Below, piece by piece: positions 20,067 to 29,329 of a DNA stretch of 64,000 nt. The stretch spans positions 33,728 through 97,727 of the forward strand of contig JABJMC010000006.1 of assembly GCA_018659585.1 (NCBI GenBank), written 5' to 3'. Position 1 is the first letter of the stretch. Each line of letters starts with the position of its first letter. The notes under the pieces were generated by a model. That model was given only the letters and a program-made list of their open reading frames with translations, did no database searches and was not told the origin of the DNA. The stretch is from Candidatus Peregrinibacteria bacterium (GTDB lineage Bacteria > Patescibacteriota > Gracilibacteria > UBA1369 > UBA12473). The translations under genes and the position numbers were made by a program.

Positions 20067-20678
20067 ATGAAACTTCTCACCAAAACTTTTGTCGGAATTT
20101 TTCTAACTCTCTTTTTAGCTAGTTGCGTTAGTAGTGAATCTGATTATTACACTATGCAGACTTTTGATGACGAGCCAAGCTACAATATTGTCGAAATGAA
20201 AACCACAGATCCTTTTGGGGAAACATTTAGTTTTTTGTTTGCTAAAGACGCTTGGGTAATAGAGGAATGGCCAGCCGAAGAAGCTCCGGCTCGCGTGGTC
20301 TTAGTTCATACAGCTTACGAAGATCGTTCCTGTTATTTGTTGCCGGGAAGTATTGGGACTGGTGGTGAAGAAGGACAACAATTAGTAGAAGGAGTGCTTA
20401 TAACTTCTAATGGCACTGCCAAAAAATTAGATATCTACAGTTCTTCTGGTGACAAAATTAAGCAAATTATTGGCTACGAAGTAGACGGCATCCCTTATAT
20501 TTTTGAAATAAATCTCCCGGTTTCCGAGCCTGAACAATGTCAACAGGATGCTCAAATAGTAAACGCTTCATTTAAGATCGTTGGCGCAGAGGAGGAGATT
20601 CCCGAAGCACTGGATTCAGTTGTTGAATCAATTGAAGAAGTTGCCGAAGTTGAAGAGGAAGAACCTACTGTTCAATAG
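20067..20678 (+). CDS. Putative lipoprotein
   Basis: Signal peptide with lipobox FLASC; acidic tail. Confidence 0.75.
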   Translation: MKLLTKTFVGIFLTLFLASCVSSESDYYTMQTFDDEPSYNIVEMKTTDPFGETFSFLFAKDAWVIEEWPAEEAPARVVLVHTAYEDRSCYLLPGSIGTGGEEGQQLVEGVLITSNGTAKKLDIYSSSGDKIKQIIGYEVDGIPYIFEINLPVSEPEQCQQDAQIVNASFKIVGAEEEIPEALDSVVESIEEVAEVEEEEPTVQ

Positions 20679-20943
20679 TGCAATCGCCCTTAATTTTACA
20701 CTGACAAGCTAAGCGATGTTCACCATCTGCTTTGCCCATGGCTTTTAAAGTTTGGGCTTCGTGTTCAGTTTCTTCAGTTAAACCCTCTTTGTTTTCAGAG
20801 ACTTTAATTAAACAAGTCCCACAAATTCCATTTTCACAGCCATAAGGAATAGGCCAACCATTTTTTTGAGTTACATCACGTAGTTCAGCTCCTTCATCAG
20901 CGTCAACTGATTGTCCAGTATTTTGAAATGTTACTTTTGGCAT
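20665..20943 (-). CDS. 2Fe-2S ferredoxin
   Basis: CENGICGTC ... RLACQ. Confidence 0.93.
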   Translation of the reverse strand: MPKVTFQNTGQSVDADEGAELRDVTQKNGWPIPYGCENGICGTCLIKVSENKEGLTEETEHEAQTLKAMGKADGEHRLACQCKIKGDCTIEQ

Positions 20944-20994
20944 TTTTTAAATATTTAGAAGTTAGTGGCTGTATATTATCATAAATTAATTTAA

Positions 20995-21140
20995 TAAAAA
21001 GAGAGGTTGCTTGGCCCTTAAGTACCGGTAGTTGGTCGCTCCAGCGGCGACCACTACCTGCATTCTCGCGGGATTGCTCCCTGCGGGAGACCAAGCCAAT
21101 CCCGCTCCGAAAGCTACTTAAGACCTCAAACAACCTCTTC
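20995..21140 (-). ncRNA. Candidate ~140-nt structured RNA (three-way junction) upstream of ferredoxin
   Basis: Minus strand: GAGGUUGUUU/AAGCAACCUC and GGUCUUAAGUA/UACUUAAGGGCC closing stem with G-U pairs; inner hairpins GCGGGAUUG/CAAUCCCGC and GGUAGUGGUCGC/GCGACCAACUACC; ends in UUUUU. GC-rich island in an AT-rich spacer. Confidence 0.7.
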
Positions 21141-21198
21141 TTTTCATCTAATCTATGAGATAATACCTTCATAAAGTTAAAAAATAACCTCAAAATTC

Positions 21199-21699
21199 AT
21201 GGCTAATGTTTTGCTAATTATTTCTCCTCAAGACTATCAAGATAAAGAGTACAGTGACACCAAAGCCGCGTTAGAGGCAGCCGATCATATTGTATTCACA
21301 GCTAGTACCGTTGAAAAAGCTCATGGAAAATTAGGGGGCATAGTAGAATGTGATGCTCTAATGTACGAGGCTAATGCCGAGGATTATGATGCCGTAGTTT
21401 TTATTGGGGGGACAGGGTGTTTTGAATATTTTGAGGATGATGCCGCGCATAGCGTTGCCAAAGATTTTTACGAGGCTGGTAAATTAACCTGCGCTATTTG
21501 TGCTGCCCCTGGAATTCTCGCTAATTGTGGTTTGCTTGACGGGAAAGAAGCCACTTGCTGGCCTGGCGAAGAAAATCACATTCAAGAAAAAGGCGCTAAA
21601 TACACCGCCACACCTGTTCAACGCGATGGATTAATTATTACTGGTAACGGACCCGAGGCTGCCCATGAATTTGGACAAACCATTGCTGACGCCCTTTAG
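21199..21699 (+). CDS. DJ-1/PfpI family protein
   Basis: DYDAVVFIGG, AICAAP, ITGNGPEAA. Confidence 0.93.
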   Translation: MANVLLIISPQDYQDKEYSDTKAALEAADHIVFTASTVEKAHGKLGGIVECDALMYEANAEDYDAVVFIGGTGCFEYFEDDAAHSVAKDFYEAGKLTCAICAAPGILANCGLLDGKEATCWPGEENHIQEKGAKYTATPVQRDGLIITGNGPEAAHEFGQTIADAL

Positions 21700-21757
21700 T
21701 AGCTCTTGTCAAGAAGGGGTAAAAATGCTATAATAACAAGAAATAAAAACAAAAACC

Positions 21758-22084
21758 ATGAGTGATCTTTTTATAAAAACCATCAAAGAGGCAGTTTTTT
21801 TAAAGCCAGAATGGCGTGAAAAATTGCTTAGTTTTAATGACAAAATTACTCCTGAACAAGAACAAAAAATTATTGAATTAGTAAACAACGCTAGGGAGCA
21901 GTACGAAACAGCGATTTTAAACATGAACGAAGAAAGTAATGCTGCTAACAAAAAGTATTTAAAAGGCATGGAAGATTTCTTCCGCCACGACGTCCCAGCC
22001 GCCATGAAAAAAGTCGAACAAAAATCACAAGATAAAGAAGAAGAGGAATTAGAAGGGATTCTTACTGATTTAGAAAAAATTTAA
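21758..22084 (+). CDS. Hypothetical coiled-coil protein
   Basis: 108-aa charged ORF preceded by an A-rich leader. Confidence 0.7.
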   Translation: MSDLFIKTIKEAVFLKPEWREKLLSFNDKITPEQEQKIIELVNNAREQYETAILNMNEESNAANKKYLKGMEDFFRHDVPAAMKKVEQKSQDKEEEELEGILTDLEKI

Positions 22085-22093
22085 TTAATAATT

Positions 22094-22978
22094 ATGGGAG
22101 TAGAAGATCGCCCACAACCAGAAGTTATAGACTCACCAGATTCATCAATAGATGATGGACAAGTGGAAGTAGTTACCGAGCAAAACTTAGATAGCGCTCG
22201 CGAAACAATGCGAGATCGGATAGCTAATTTATATGAAGATGTGAGTGAAAGTGATCATGAAATTGCTGATGAATTAAAGAGCGAATTAGATAGTCTGGCT
22301 TATAATTTAGTGGATGTTAACGAACAAGAATTGGAGGCAATATTAGAAAGAACTGAGTCTGCCTTAACTACAATTGAAGCCACTTTTCAAGGTGGCTTAG
22401 AGGAAGTTTTAGGCGAAGAGTTAGGCTCAGAGGAAATAGTTGATCGAAAACCATTAAGATCGCGACGAGCCGAGAGAGTTAGGCAAAAACCTGAGGACCC
22501 AGTAAAAACAGCTCAAGCTCTTCAACATATAGAAGAAATGAGTGGTGGGAATTGGAAAAAAATAGATGAAAGGTATAGAGAATTTGCCGAACTTTTAGAT
22601 AAAGGAGGCGTAAAATTAGGAGATGATAAAATAGCTCTTGCTCACGAACGTGGCATTCAGGCCGCTCGGAATTTAGGTAATCTTGGTGACGCTAAAGAAC
22701 GATACGAAGCTGCTGGCCAGCTTGATGGTGCCGAGAAAATAGGGCAAACCATTGGAATTGTAAGTTTGAAAGTCTCTCCTTCCGAAGTAAGTGGTGAAGA
22801 AATTTTAAAGCCTAGTTTGATGCCTTTTGATCCTACTTTAAGAAACAACATCAGTGTGGCTCAAGCAGCTTTACAAGAGAGAGGGTCTTATCAAGGATCT
22901 TTGCCCGTTGGAACCTATGATTTTGGTGGTCAAACTCTTCAAGTTGAGAGTGGAGGAGAGTATAAAATGAGAGGTTGA
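22094..22978 (+). CDS. Hypothetical acidic protein
   Basis: 294-aa ORF in operon arrangement. Confidence 0.75.
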   Translation: MGVEDRPQPEVIDSPDSSIDDGQVEVVTEQNLDSARETMRDRIANLYEDVSESDHEIADELKSELDSLAYNLVDVNEQELEAILERTESALTTIEATFQGGLEEVLGEELGSEEIVDRKPLRSRRAERVRQKPEDPVKTAQALQHIEEMSGGNWKKIDERYREFAELLDKGGVKLGDDKIALAHERGIQAARNLGNLGDAKERYEAAGQLDGAEKIGQTIGIVSLKVSPSEVSGEEILKPSLMPFDPTLRNNISVAQAALQERGSYQGSLPVGTYDFGGQTLQVESGGEYKMRG

Positions 22979-23026
22979 CAAAATCCATTAAATAAGGCAC
23001 AATAACATCCTTATTTAATTTTCCCC

Positions 23027-24496
23027 ATGACAGTTATTGTACCTGATCGCGGCACAGACATTATTAGTGACGAACGTCATGCGGCTTATGAGTCTTTGAT
23101 TGAACAGGAAGCATACGGCCGAATTGAGATGGTAATTCGGGAAACACGTGAAGATATTAAGTGGACTACAGATGTAATTGCTCATGGCGAGCATTGTAAG
23201 CCTGGGCAATATGGTCAATACAAGGATATTTGGAGTATTCCAAGAAATTTAATTAGTCCCGAAAATGGATTAAGAGGATTATGGGACCGGGCTTGGAATT
23301 TGCCACCTGATAATCCTGATTTTGACGAAATGGAAGAACACCGTGGCGAAAGCTTAATTCAAATTATCACTCAATACCGGGCTCTTTTAATGTCCCGCTT
23401 AGAATGTGTGGAAGAAATGATGCACCAGGAAAAAGTTAGAATTTTTTGGGATGGAGATATGGAAAATAACATTCGTCAGGGAGGTTCTGGAGATTGTTCC
23501 TTTTTAGCGGCTGTGGATTCCTTAAAAGGTAATTCTCTAGGACGGAGAGCTGTCACCAAAAGCATCCGCTTTAACGAAGAAACCAATCAGTGGTATGTGA
23601 AATTCCAAGGAGACGAACAAGAAAGAGAAATGCCAATTACTCAAGCTCATTTAGATGAGATGAAACATGCTGGCAAGGCCATAGAAGAAGGGGCTTTAGG
23701 TGATCAAATTTTAGAGCGAGCTTACGCCCGTTTAGAAGATAAACGTAAAAGAAACGTATTTCACGGAGAATATGAGGCCGTAACAGTTAGGGTTACTGAC
23801 ATGGCTTTTGAAGGTGGCTGGGCCCAAAATGTTTTTAATGATATTTGTGGAAAGGAGGATATTTATGCCTACCGTCATTCAGCGATGTATGCAGAAGACA
23901 CCTTTAGAGCAGCTGAAGGAAGAGACGCGGTTTTTGCTAGTTCCAGCCTTGGTCCTTATGAATTAAAAGAATTAGTCTTAGCTAGTAAAATACAGTTAAA
24001 AGGGTCTGGGAATATGGAAAAAATTGAACGCTGGATTAGTAAATTAGAGGAGGGGGACACTAAGCATAGCGAACACATTGAATACTACATCCGTGATGTA
24101 AATGGTCGTCAACACGCTTTGCACGCGGCTCATGCTTATTCAGTTAAGCAGTTTAATTCTGAAGAAGGTTGGGTAGAATTAGCTAACCCTCATGATACGT
24201 CACCTAGCCAGAGAATAAGAGTTTCTATCGAAACTTTTCAAACTATGTTCAAATTTTTGTATGAGGGTAGATTTATTAATATAAGTTTATTAAGTAGAGA
24301 CGAATTCCAAGTTGATCACGCTATTCGACTTAGCGCTCCGCCTGAACATCCACAAGAACCAAAACTTCTTAACGAAGACGGTTCAATACCGGCCCTACAT
24401 CTACCACTCCCTGATCTACAAGAGGACCCTTTTGAAGCTGAGGCAACTGGTCTTCGTAAGTTGGTCGATCTTCTTGGTAGTATAATCCGACGTTAA
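23027..24496 (+). CDS. Calpain-like (peptidase C2) cysteine protease
   Basis: IRQGGSGDCSFLAA (Cys), ILERAYA, HAYSV (His), LANPHD (Asn). Confidence 0.82.
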   Translation: MTVIVPDRGTDIISDERHAAYESLIEQEAYGRIEMVIRETREDIKWTTDVIAHGEHCKPGQYGQYKDIWSIPRNLISPENGLRGLWDRAWNLPPDNPDFDEMEEHRGESLIQIITQYRALLMSRLECVEEMMHQEKVRIFWDGDMENNIRQGGSGDCSFLAAVDSLKGNSLGRRAVTKSIRFNEETNQWYVKFQGDEQEREMPITQAHLDEMKHAGKAIEEGALGDQILERAYARLEDKRKRNVFHGEYEAVTVRVTDMAFEGGWAQNVFNDICGKEDIYAYRHSAMYAEDTFRAAEGRDAVFASSSLGPYELKELVLASKIQLKGSGNMEKIERWISKLEEGDTKHSEHIEYYIRDVNGRQHALHAAHAYSVKQFNSEEGWVELANPHDTSPSQRIRVSIETFQTMFKFLYEGRFINISLLSRDEFQVDHAIRLSAPPEHPQEPKLLNEDGSIPALHLPLPDLQEDPFEAEATGLRKLVDLLGSIIRR

Positions 24497-25226
24497 TCCG
24501 GTCTTCCCATTCTTCCGCGGCTTTAAACGCCTCGACTTTGCTAGTTATATCGTGCGATTTATCTTCTTCTAATTTGCGCACCCTTTCCTGGTACCACTGA
24601 TAAGTATTTTTTTTATTAAAAGTCACACATGGCTGCAAAACATCAAGAATTGCGGTCCCTTTATGTTCTACTCCTTGTTTAATCAGCGAAGTTAAATGTT
24701 GAATATCACCGGAAAAGCCGCGCGCCACAAAAGTTGCCCCCGCGGAAACAGCAATTTTAATCGGATTAACTGGGACTTCGAGCGTCCCATGCGGTGTGGA
24801 ATGTGAACAATAACCCTCGTCACTAGTCGGGGATGTTTGACCAGTTGTCAGCCCGTAAACTTGGTTGTTTTCTACAATATAAAGAAGGTTGTGATTACGT
24901 CGCATCAGGTGTGTAAAGTGTCCCAATCCAATTCCATAACCATCTCCATCACCGCCCACAATAATTACATTTAAATCATGGTTTGCCAGCTTTACGCCAC
25001 TCGCTAGCGGCGCTGGTCTCCCGTGCAAAGTGTGAAAGCCAAAAGTCTTTATCCAGTGCGGCATTTTTGAGCCACAACCAATTCCCGAAACCACCACATA
25101 ATTCTCCTGCGGGACATCCATTTGGGTCATGGCCTGTTTAATAGCCATCCAAATTCCATAATCACCACACCCCGGGCACCAGCTCGGGAAGGTATTACTT
25201 TCTAAACTTTTAAGTTCAATAGCCAT
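24369..25226 (-). CDS. 2-oxoacid:ferredoxin oxidoreductase beta subunit
   Basis: WCPGCGD, SGIGC, HGR, GGDGD, YGLTTGQTSPT, LQPCVTFN. Confidence 0.95.
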   Translation of the reverse strand: MAIELKSLESNTFPSWCPGCGDYGIWMAIKQAMTQMDVPQENYVVVSGIGCGSKMPHWIKTFGFHTLHGRPAPLASGVKLANHDLNVIIVGGDGDGYGIGLGHFTHLMRRNHNLLYIVENNQVYGLTTGQTSPTSDEGYCSHSTPHGTLEVPVNPIKIAVSAGATFVARGFSGDIQHLTSLIKQGVEHKGTAILDVLQPCVTFNKKNTYQWYQERVRKLEEDKSHDITSKVEAFKAAEEWEDRINVGLYYQEDRPTYEDQLPQLQKGPLVDQGVVDVGPVLNRLR

Positions 25227-25228
25227 AG

Positions 25229-27076
25229 TTAGAGTAAGGATTTAATTTTTTCTACAATTTCACCTGGATAGAATGGTCGGCCATCCCATTGTAAGAATTT
25301 TTCATCAATTTCCAGCAGAGTTTCCTGGCGAATTAGTTGGCCAAGTTGAGCGTTATGATTTCCTTCAATTAAAAGAGTTTTTTTCGCTTTTTTAAGGAAA
25401 GATTTCACTTCTTCCGCTGGGAAAGGATAAAGATAAGTTGGGTGAATTAAATTAACTGTAATGCCTTGTTTTGCCAGTCGGCGCATGGCTTCTAAAACAG
25501 GCGCTTTAGTAGATCCCCAGGCCACGACCGATAATACAGCTTCATCTGGTCCGTATACATTTACCGGTGGTAACTCGGTTTTAAGCTCCTCTATTTTGCG
25601 AAGGCGTTTAGCGTGTTGAGCCGTACGCATTTCTGGAGTTTCTTCTAAATCACCAACCTCGTTATGTTCGTAACTATTAGATACGTAACGACCAGTTTTC
25701 ATTCCTGGTAGAGTACGTGGTGAAATTCCAGAATCAGTAACTTGATAACGCGGAAAATCTTCATCAATTTTGCCAGTTTCCGCGGCAATTGGTCCGCGAT
25801 CAATTTCTGTTTTCTCTCCAAAATCATCCACAGAATACAAACTTTCAGACAAATATTTATCTGACACCAATATAACTGGTATGTGATAACGTTCCGCGTA
25901 ATTAAAAGCGTGTTGAATCATTTGATAAGCCTCTTTTACATCTCCAGGAGCCATTATTAATTTGGGGAATTCATCGTGCCCAGCATTCAAAACATATTGC
26001 AAATCACCCTGGCTGGTCCAAGTTGGCATGCCTGTTCCTGGTCCGGGACGTTGCACTTCTAACAAAACTAGCGGCACCTCGGCAATCCCAGCCATACTCA
26101 AAGCTTCGTTCATTAGCGCAAATCCACCACCAGAAGTAGCGGTCATGGCCCGTACGCCAGCGTAACTAGCCCCAATCGTATGCAAAACTGCCGAAAGTTC
26201 ATCTTCGGTTTGGCGTACTACTATTCCTAATTCTTCGTCATGTTTAGCAAAAACACTCAAAGTCGAAGAAGCTGGCGTCATCGGATAAGCCGCAAAAAAC
26301 TTACATCCTGCGGCCATTGCCCCATACGAAAAAGCCTGATTTCCAGATAAAAGCATGCGGGCTGGCTCTTCGGTTGGTTTAGCGTGGTGCGGGAATTTGC
26401 TTGGATCAAAGTGCTCGTTCATATAATCATAACCTGCCTTAGCCATCTTAATATTCAAATCCACGACCTTTTCACCTTTATCTTCAAACTGATGCTTAAT
26501 CAAATCATGTAAATAGTTCAAGGGATAACTAAGTAGCGCCAACGACGCCCCCAAAGCCACCATATTTCGCATCACATCCAGCCCTTCATTCTCTTTCACA
26601 ATTTTCCCAAAAGGAACCGGGAACCAAGAAACTCCATCCTTAACTTCATCCTCCAAAATTTCCAAATCCTCTGGGTCAAAAATAATCCCCCCGTTTTGAG
26701 TCACATCATCATGGTGCAAATCAAAAGTCTCGCGATTTAAACACAGCAGCAAATCAATGGTCCGAATTTGCGAATAAAGTGGTGCCGGACTAACTCGAAT
26801 GTGATAACTATTATGACCTCCTCGAATCAAAGATGGATATTCCAAATAAGCAAACACATTCAAACCTCCTCGCGTAAAACACCGTGCAAACAATTCTCCA
26901 GTCGAGTTAATTCCCGAGCCAGCTTCGCCACCCACCATCCAAGTTACGCAACGACGTTTGTTAAAATCGCAAGTTCCCTCCGGTTGTGGCTCCGGCGAAA
27001 TTTCAGTATTAGCGTGACCATTTCCATTGGAAAGGACACGAGTTTGGGTCGATTTTTCTAAAACAACTTCTTTCAT
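25229..27076 (-). CDS. 2-oxoacid:ferredoxin oxidoreductase alpha subunit (gamma-alpha fusion)
   Basis: GGEAGSG, SLIRGGH, YPMTPAS, TATSGGG, QRPGPGTGMPT, WGST. Confidence 0.95.
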   Translation of the reverse strand: MKEVVLEKSTQTRVLSNGNGHANTEISPEPQPEGTCDFNKRRCVTWMVGGEAGSGINSTGELFARCFTRGGLNVFAYLEYPSLIRGGHNSYHIRVSPAPLYSQIRTIDLLLCLNRETFDLHHDDVTQNGGIIFDPEDLEILEDEVKDGVSWFPVPFGKIVKENEGLDVMRNMVALGASLALLSYPLNYLHDLIKHQFEDKGEKVVDLNIKMAKAGYDYMNEHFDPSKFPHHAKPTEEPARMLLSGNQAFSYGAMAAGCKFFAAYPMTPASSTLSVFAKHDEELGIVVRQTEDELSAVLHTIGASYAGVRAMTATSGGGFALMNEALSMAGIAEVPLVLLEVQRPGPGTGMPTWTSQGDLQYVLNAGHDEFPKLIMAPGDVKEAYQMIQHAFNYAERYHIPVILVSDKYLSESLYSVDDFGEKTEIDRGPIAAETGKIDEDFPRYQVTDSGISPRTLPGMKTGRYVSNSYEHNEVGDLEETPEMRTAQHAKRLRKIEELKTELPPVNVYGPDEAVLSVVAWGSTKAPVLEAMRRLAKQGITVNLIHPTYLYPFPAEEVKSFLKKAKKTLLIEGNHNAQLGQLIRQETLLEIDEKFLQWDGRPFYPGEIVEKIKSLL

Positions 27077-27100
27077 GGGGTGCTAATTATAACTTAAGTT

Positions 27101-27712
27101 TTATTCTTCGTCGATTACCACTTTTCCGTGTTGAATCCAGCGAATAACTTCTGGATACCATTTCATTTCTAATGATTGAACCTTAGCGTTAAGATGATCT
27201 GGAGTGTCACCAGGTTCAATTTCGGTTTCTGCTTGGTGGATGATCGGTCCCTCATCACATTTTTCGGTTACAAAATGAATAGTCATGCCGGTTTTTTTAT
27301 CACCGCTTTCAAGTACTGCTTCGTGCACATTTGCCCCAAAATAACCAGGCCCGCCAAATTTAGGAAGTAGAGCGGGGTGCACGTTAATAATTTTCCACTT
27401 AAAGTGTTGCACAAACTCATCACTCAAAATCCGCATATAACCCACCAAAACAATCAAATCCACTTGTTTTTCGTCGAGAACAGCGGCTAATTCTTGGTCA
27501 AATTCCTCCCTAGATTTCCCCTTAGGATTCACAAAAACCGTATCAAAACCTTGCTCCTTAGCACGCTTAAGCGCATAACAATTTTTCTTATTCGAAGCCA
27601 CCACTGCTAACTCCACTCCGGGCATTTTTTTAGCTTCAATTTCATTAATAATAGCCTGCAAGTCAGTGCCATTGGTGGATGCAAGAACCGCAATGCGAAA
27701 TGTTTTTTTCAT
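27101..27712 (-). CDS. purN: Phosphoribosylglycinamide formyltransferase
   Basis: ASTNGTDLQA, GYMRIL, INVHPALLP, GMTIHFV..DEGPII. Confidence 0.95.
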   Translation of the reverse strand: MKKTFRIAVLASTNGTDLQAIINEIEAKKMPGVELAVVASNKKNCYALKRAKEQGFDTVFVNPKGKSREEFDQELAAVLDEKQVDLIVLVGYMRILSDEFVQHFKWKIINVHPALLPKFGGPGYFGANVHEAVLESGDKKTGMTIHFVTEKCDEGPIIHQAETEIEPGDTPDHLNAKVQSLEMKWYPEVIRWIQHGKVVIDEE

Positions 27713-27824
27713 CGTATTTAAAACATAGCATCCAAATTAAAAGCCTTCAAATCATCTCTTTATAAGGGGTTGACATATCTTTAAATAAAGGCAAGAATAA
27801 GGCAACGATTTTTTAAAAAATAGC

Positions 27825-28577
27825 ATGTTATCTACTCCAGGTCCCCACGAATCTCAATCATCATTAAGCCCAACTCCTCAATCTAATAATTTAGGGCGCG
27901 CTGGGTTAGGCTTGTTGGCTATTATGAAATTAACTCAATTTGGCTGTGGGGATGTCCAGGCTCAAGAAATTCCTCCGCCAGTACCTACCAGCCCCCCGGT
28001 TGCAGCCGCGGCTGATGGCGAGGGGAGCACTCCAGATCCCTGGGCTGATGATTTCCCGCATGATTTGACTATTTGTGATTATGAGCAAATTCGTAGTGGA
28101 GAAACTTCTTCCGAAGCTTTGCGCGTAGATCAAGTAATGTTTCCTGACTCAGGAGGAGAAACGCAAAGAGATAGAGTATGGTGGGATTTTAACGGAGATG
28201 GTAACCCAGATTGTCGCACCCACGTTACTTATTCAAGAATGACTGGGATGGCCGGCCTTCTCCCTGATGGATCAAGATTTCTTGAAACTCATTATACTGA
28301 GAATTGGGAAGATGGACCCTTAGTAGATGTTTGGGAGCACAACTTTTTAGATTCAGGTTCTCGAATAGGGAAGCGTTTAATTGATGCCAATCGTGATGGA
28401 GAAACTTTTCGGGTAGAAGTGTTAGTAGATGGGATGCTAGTTGGAGTAAGTGAAAGAGAAGATTTAACTATCGATGAAGTTGAAGCCTATGTTAGAAGTA
28501 GAGGCTCTGCTATAAATGGATTAGTTCAACCATCTGAAGACCCTTATATTCCCACCCCAGGCTACCCCGGAATATAA
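27825..28577 (+). CDS. Exported protein, paralogue 1 (DxNxDGxPDC motif)
   Basis: Hydrophobic N-region followed by Cys; WWDFNGDGNPDCRTHVTY and LIDANRDGETFRVEVLVDG. Confidence 0.7.
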   Translation: MLSTPGPHESQSSLSPTPQSNNLGRAGLGLLAIMKLTQFGCGDVQAQEIPPPVPTSPPVAAAADGEGSTPDPWADDFPHDLTICDYEQIRSGETSSEALRVDQVMFPDSGGETQRDRVWWDFNGDGNPDCRTHVTYSRMTGMAGLLPDGSRFLETHYTENWEDGPLVDVWEHNFLDSGSRIGKRLIDANRDGETFRVEVLVDGMLVGVSEREDLTIDEVEAYVRSRGSAINGLVQPSEDPYIPTPGYPGI

Positions 28578-28597
28578 TTTAAACACACACAATTCAC

Positions 28598-29293
28598 ATG
28601 CCAATAAATATTGCACCCCAGCAAAGCGGGGTTAGTATGCCTAAAACTGGAAAATCACCAGAGGCGATTTTAAGAATAGCCGCTCCTTTAGTTTTTGCTG
28701 CCATAGCCAGTACGCAAGTGGCTTGTGATAAATGGTTTGAATCACGTGAAAGAAGGCCTAGTACGCCTTTTGTTGAGGCCCCACTCCCAGCTTCGGCTTT
28801 AGAACTTGCAGAGCCTCCTGCAAATTCAACCACTACAGGCTCAAGTCCTTTGCCTTTTTGCGAATCACCGAGAAAACAACGAAATTGCGGTACCTTTATA
28901 CAAGCTAGTAATCCAGCTGGAGAAATAAGAGAAGATAGTTGGTGTGACACTAATAATGATGGAGAGCCAGATTGTAAAACTAGTGTTACTCATTATCCGG
29001 CAACTTTTCATCAAACAATAGATTTATCTACTGGTGGAATAACAACTTTTTATTCCGAAACCTCAGCCTGGGAACAAGGCGAAAAAATAACCGTTACCAC
29101 TCAAGTACCCTCTGATGGATTAGCTATGACTTTAATTCTGATAGATGAAAACCAAGATGATCTTACCTTTGGAGCCAGAGTTTTAGTTGATGGGATAGAA
29201 GTCGCTAGAACTGACCGTAATAACTTAAATCAATTGGACTTACACGAATTTATTGAAAAAAGTTTAGGTCCTAGTGATTACCAATCTCCTTAA
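28598..29293 (+). CDS. Exported protein/lipoprotein, paralogue 2
   Basis: QVAC lipobox-like; WCDTNNDGEPDCKTSVTH and LIDENQDDLTFGARVLVDG align with paralogue 1. Confidence 0.7.
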   Translation: MPINIAPQQSGVSMPKTGKSPEAILRIAAPLVFAAIASTQVACDKWFESRERRPSTPFVEAPLPASALELAEPPANSTTTGSSPLPFCESPRKQRNCGTFIQASNPAGEIREDSWCDTNNDGEPDCKTSVTHYPATFHQTIDLSTGGITTFYSETSAWEQGEKITVTTQVPSDGLAMTLILIDENQDDLTFGARVLVDGIEVARTDRNNLNQLDLHEFIEKSLGPSDYQSP

Positions 29294-29329
29294 TCAAAAT
29301 TAATTATCAAAGCACCACAACCTTTATTA

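Noticed and set aside
20903-21193. 96-aa minus-strand ORF over the structured RNA
   Set aside because: Overlaps the ferredoxin start and has no protein-like features; the base-pairing pattern explains the sequence better.
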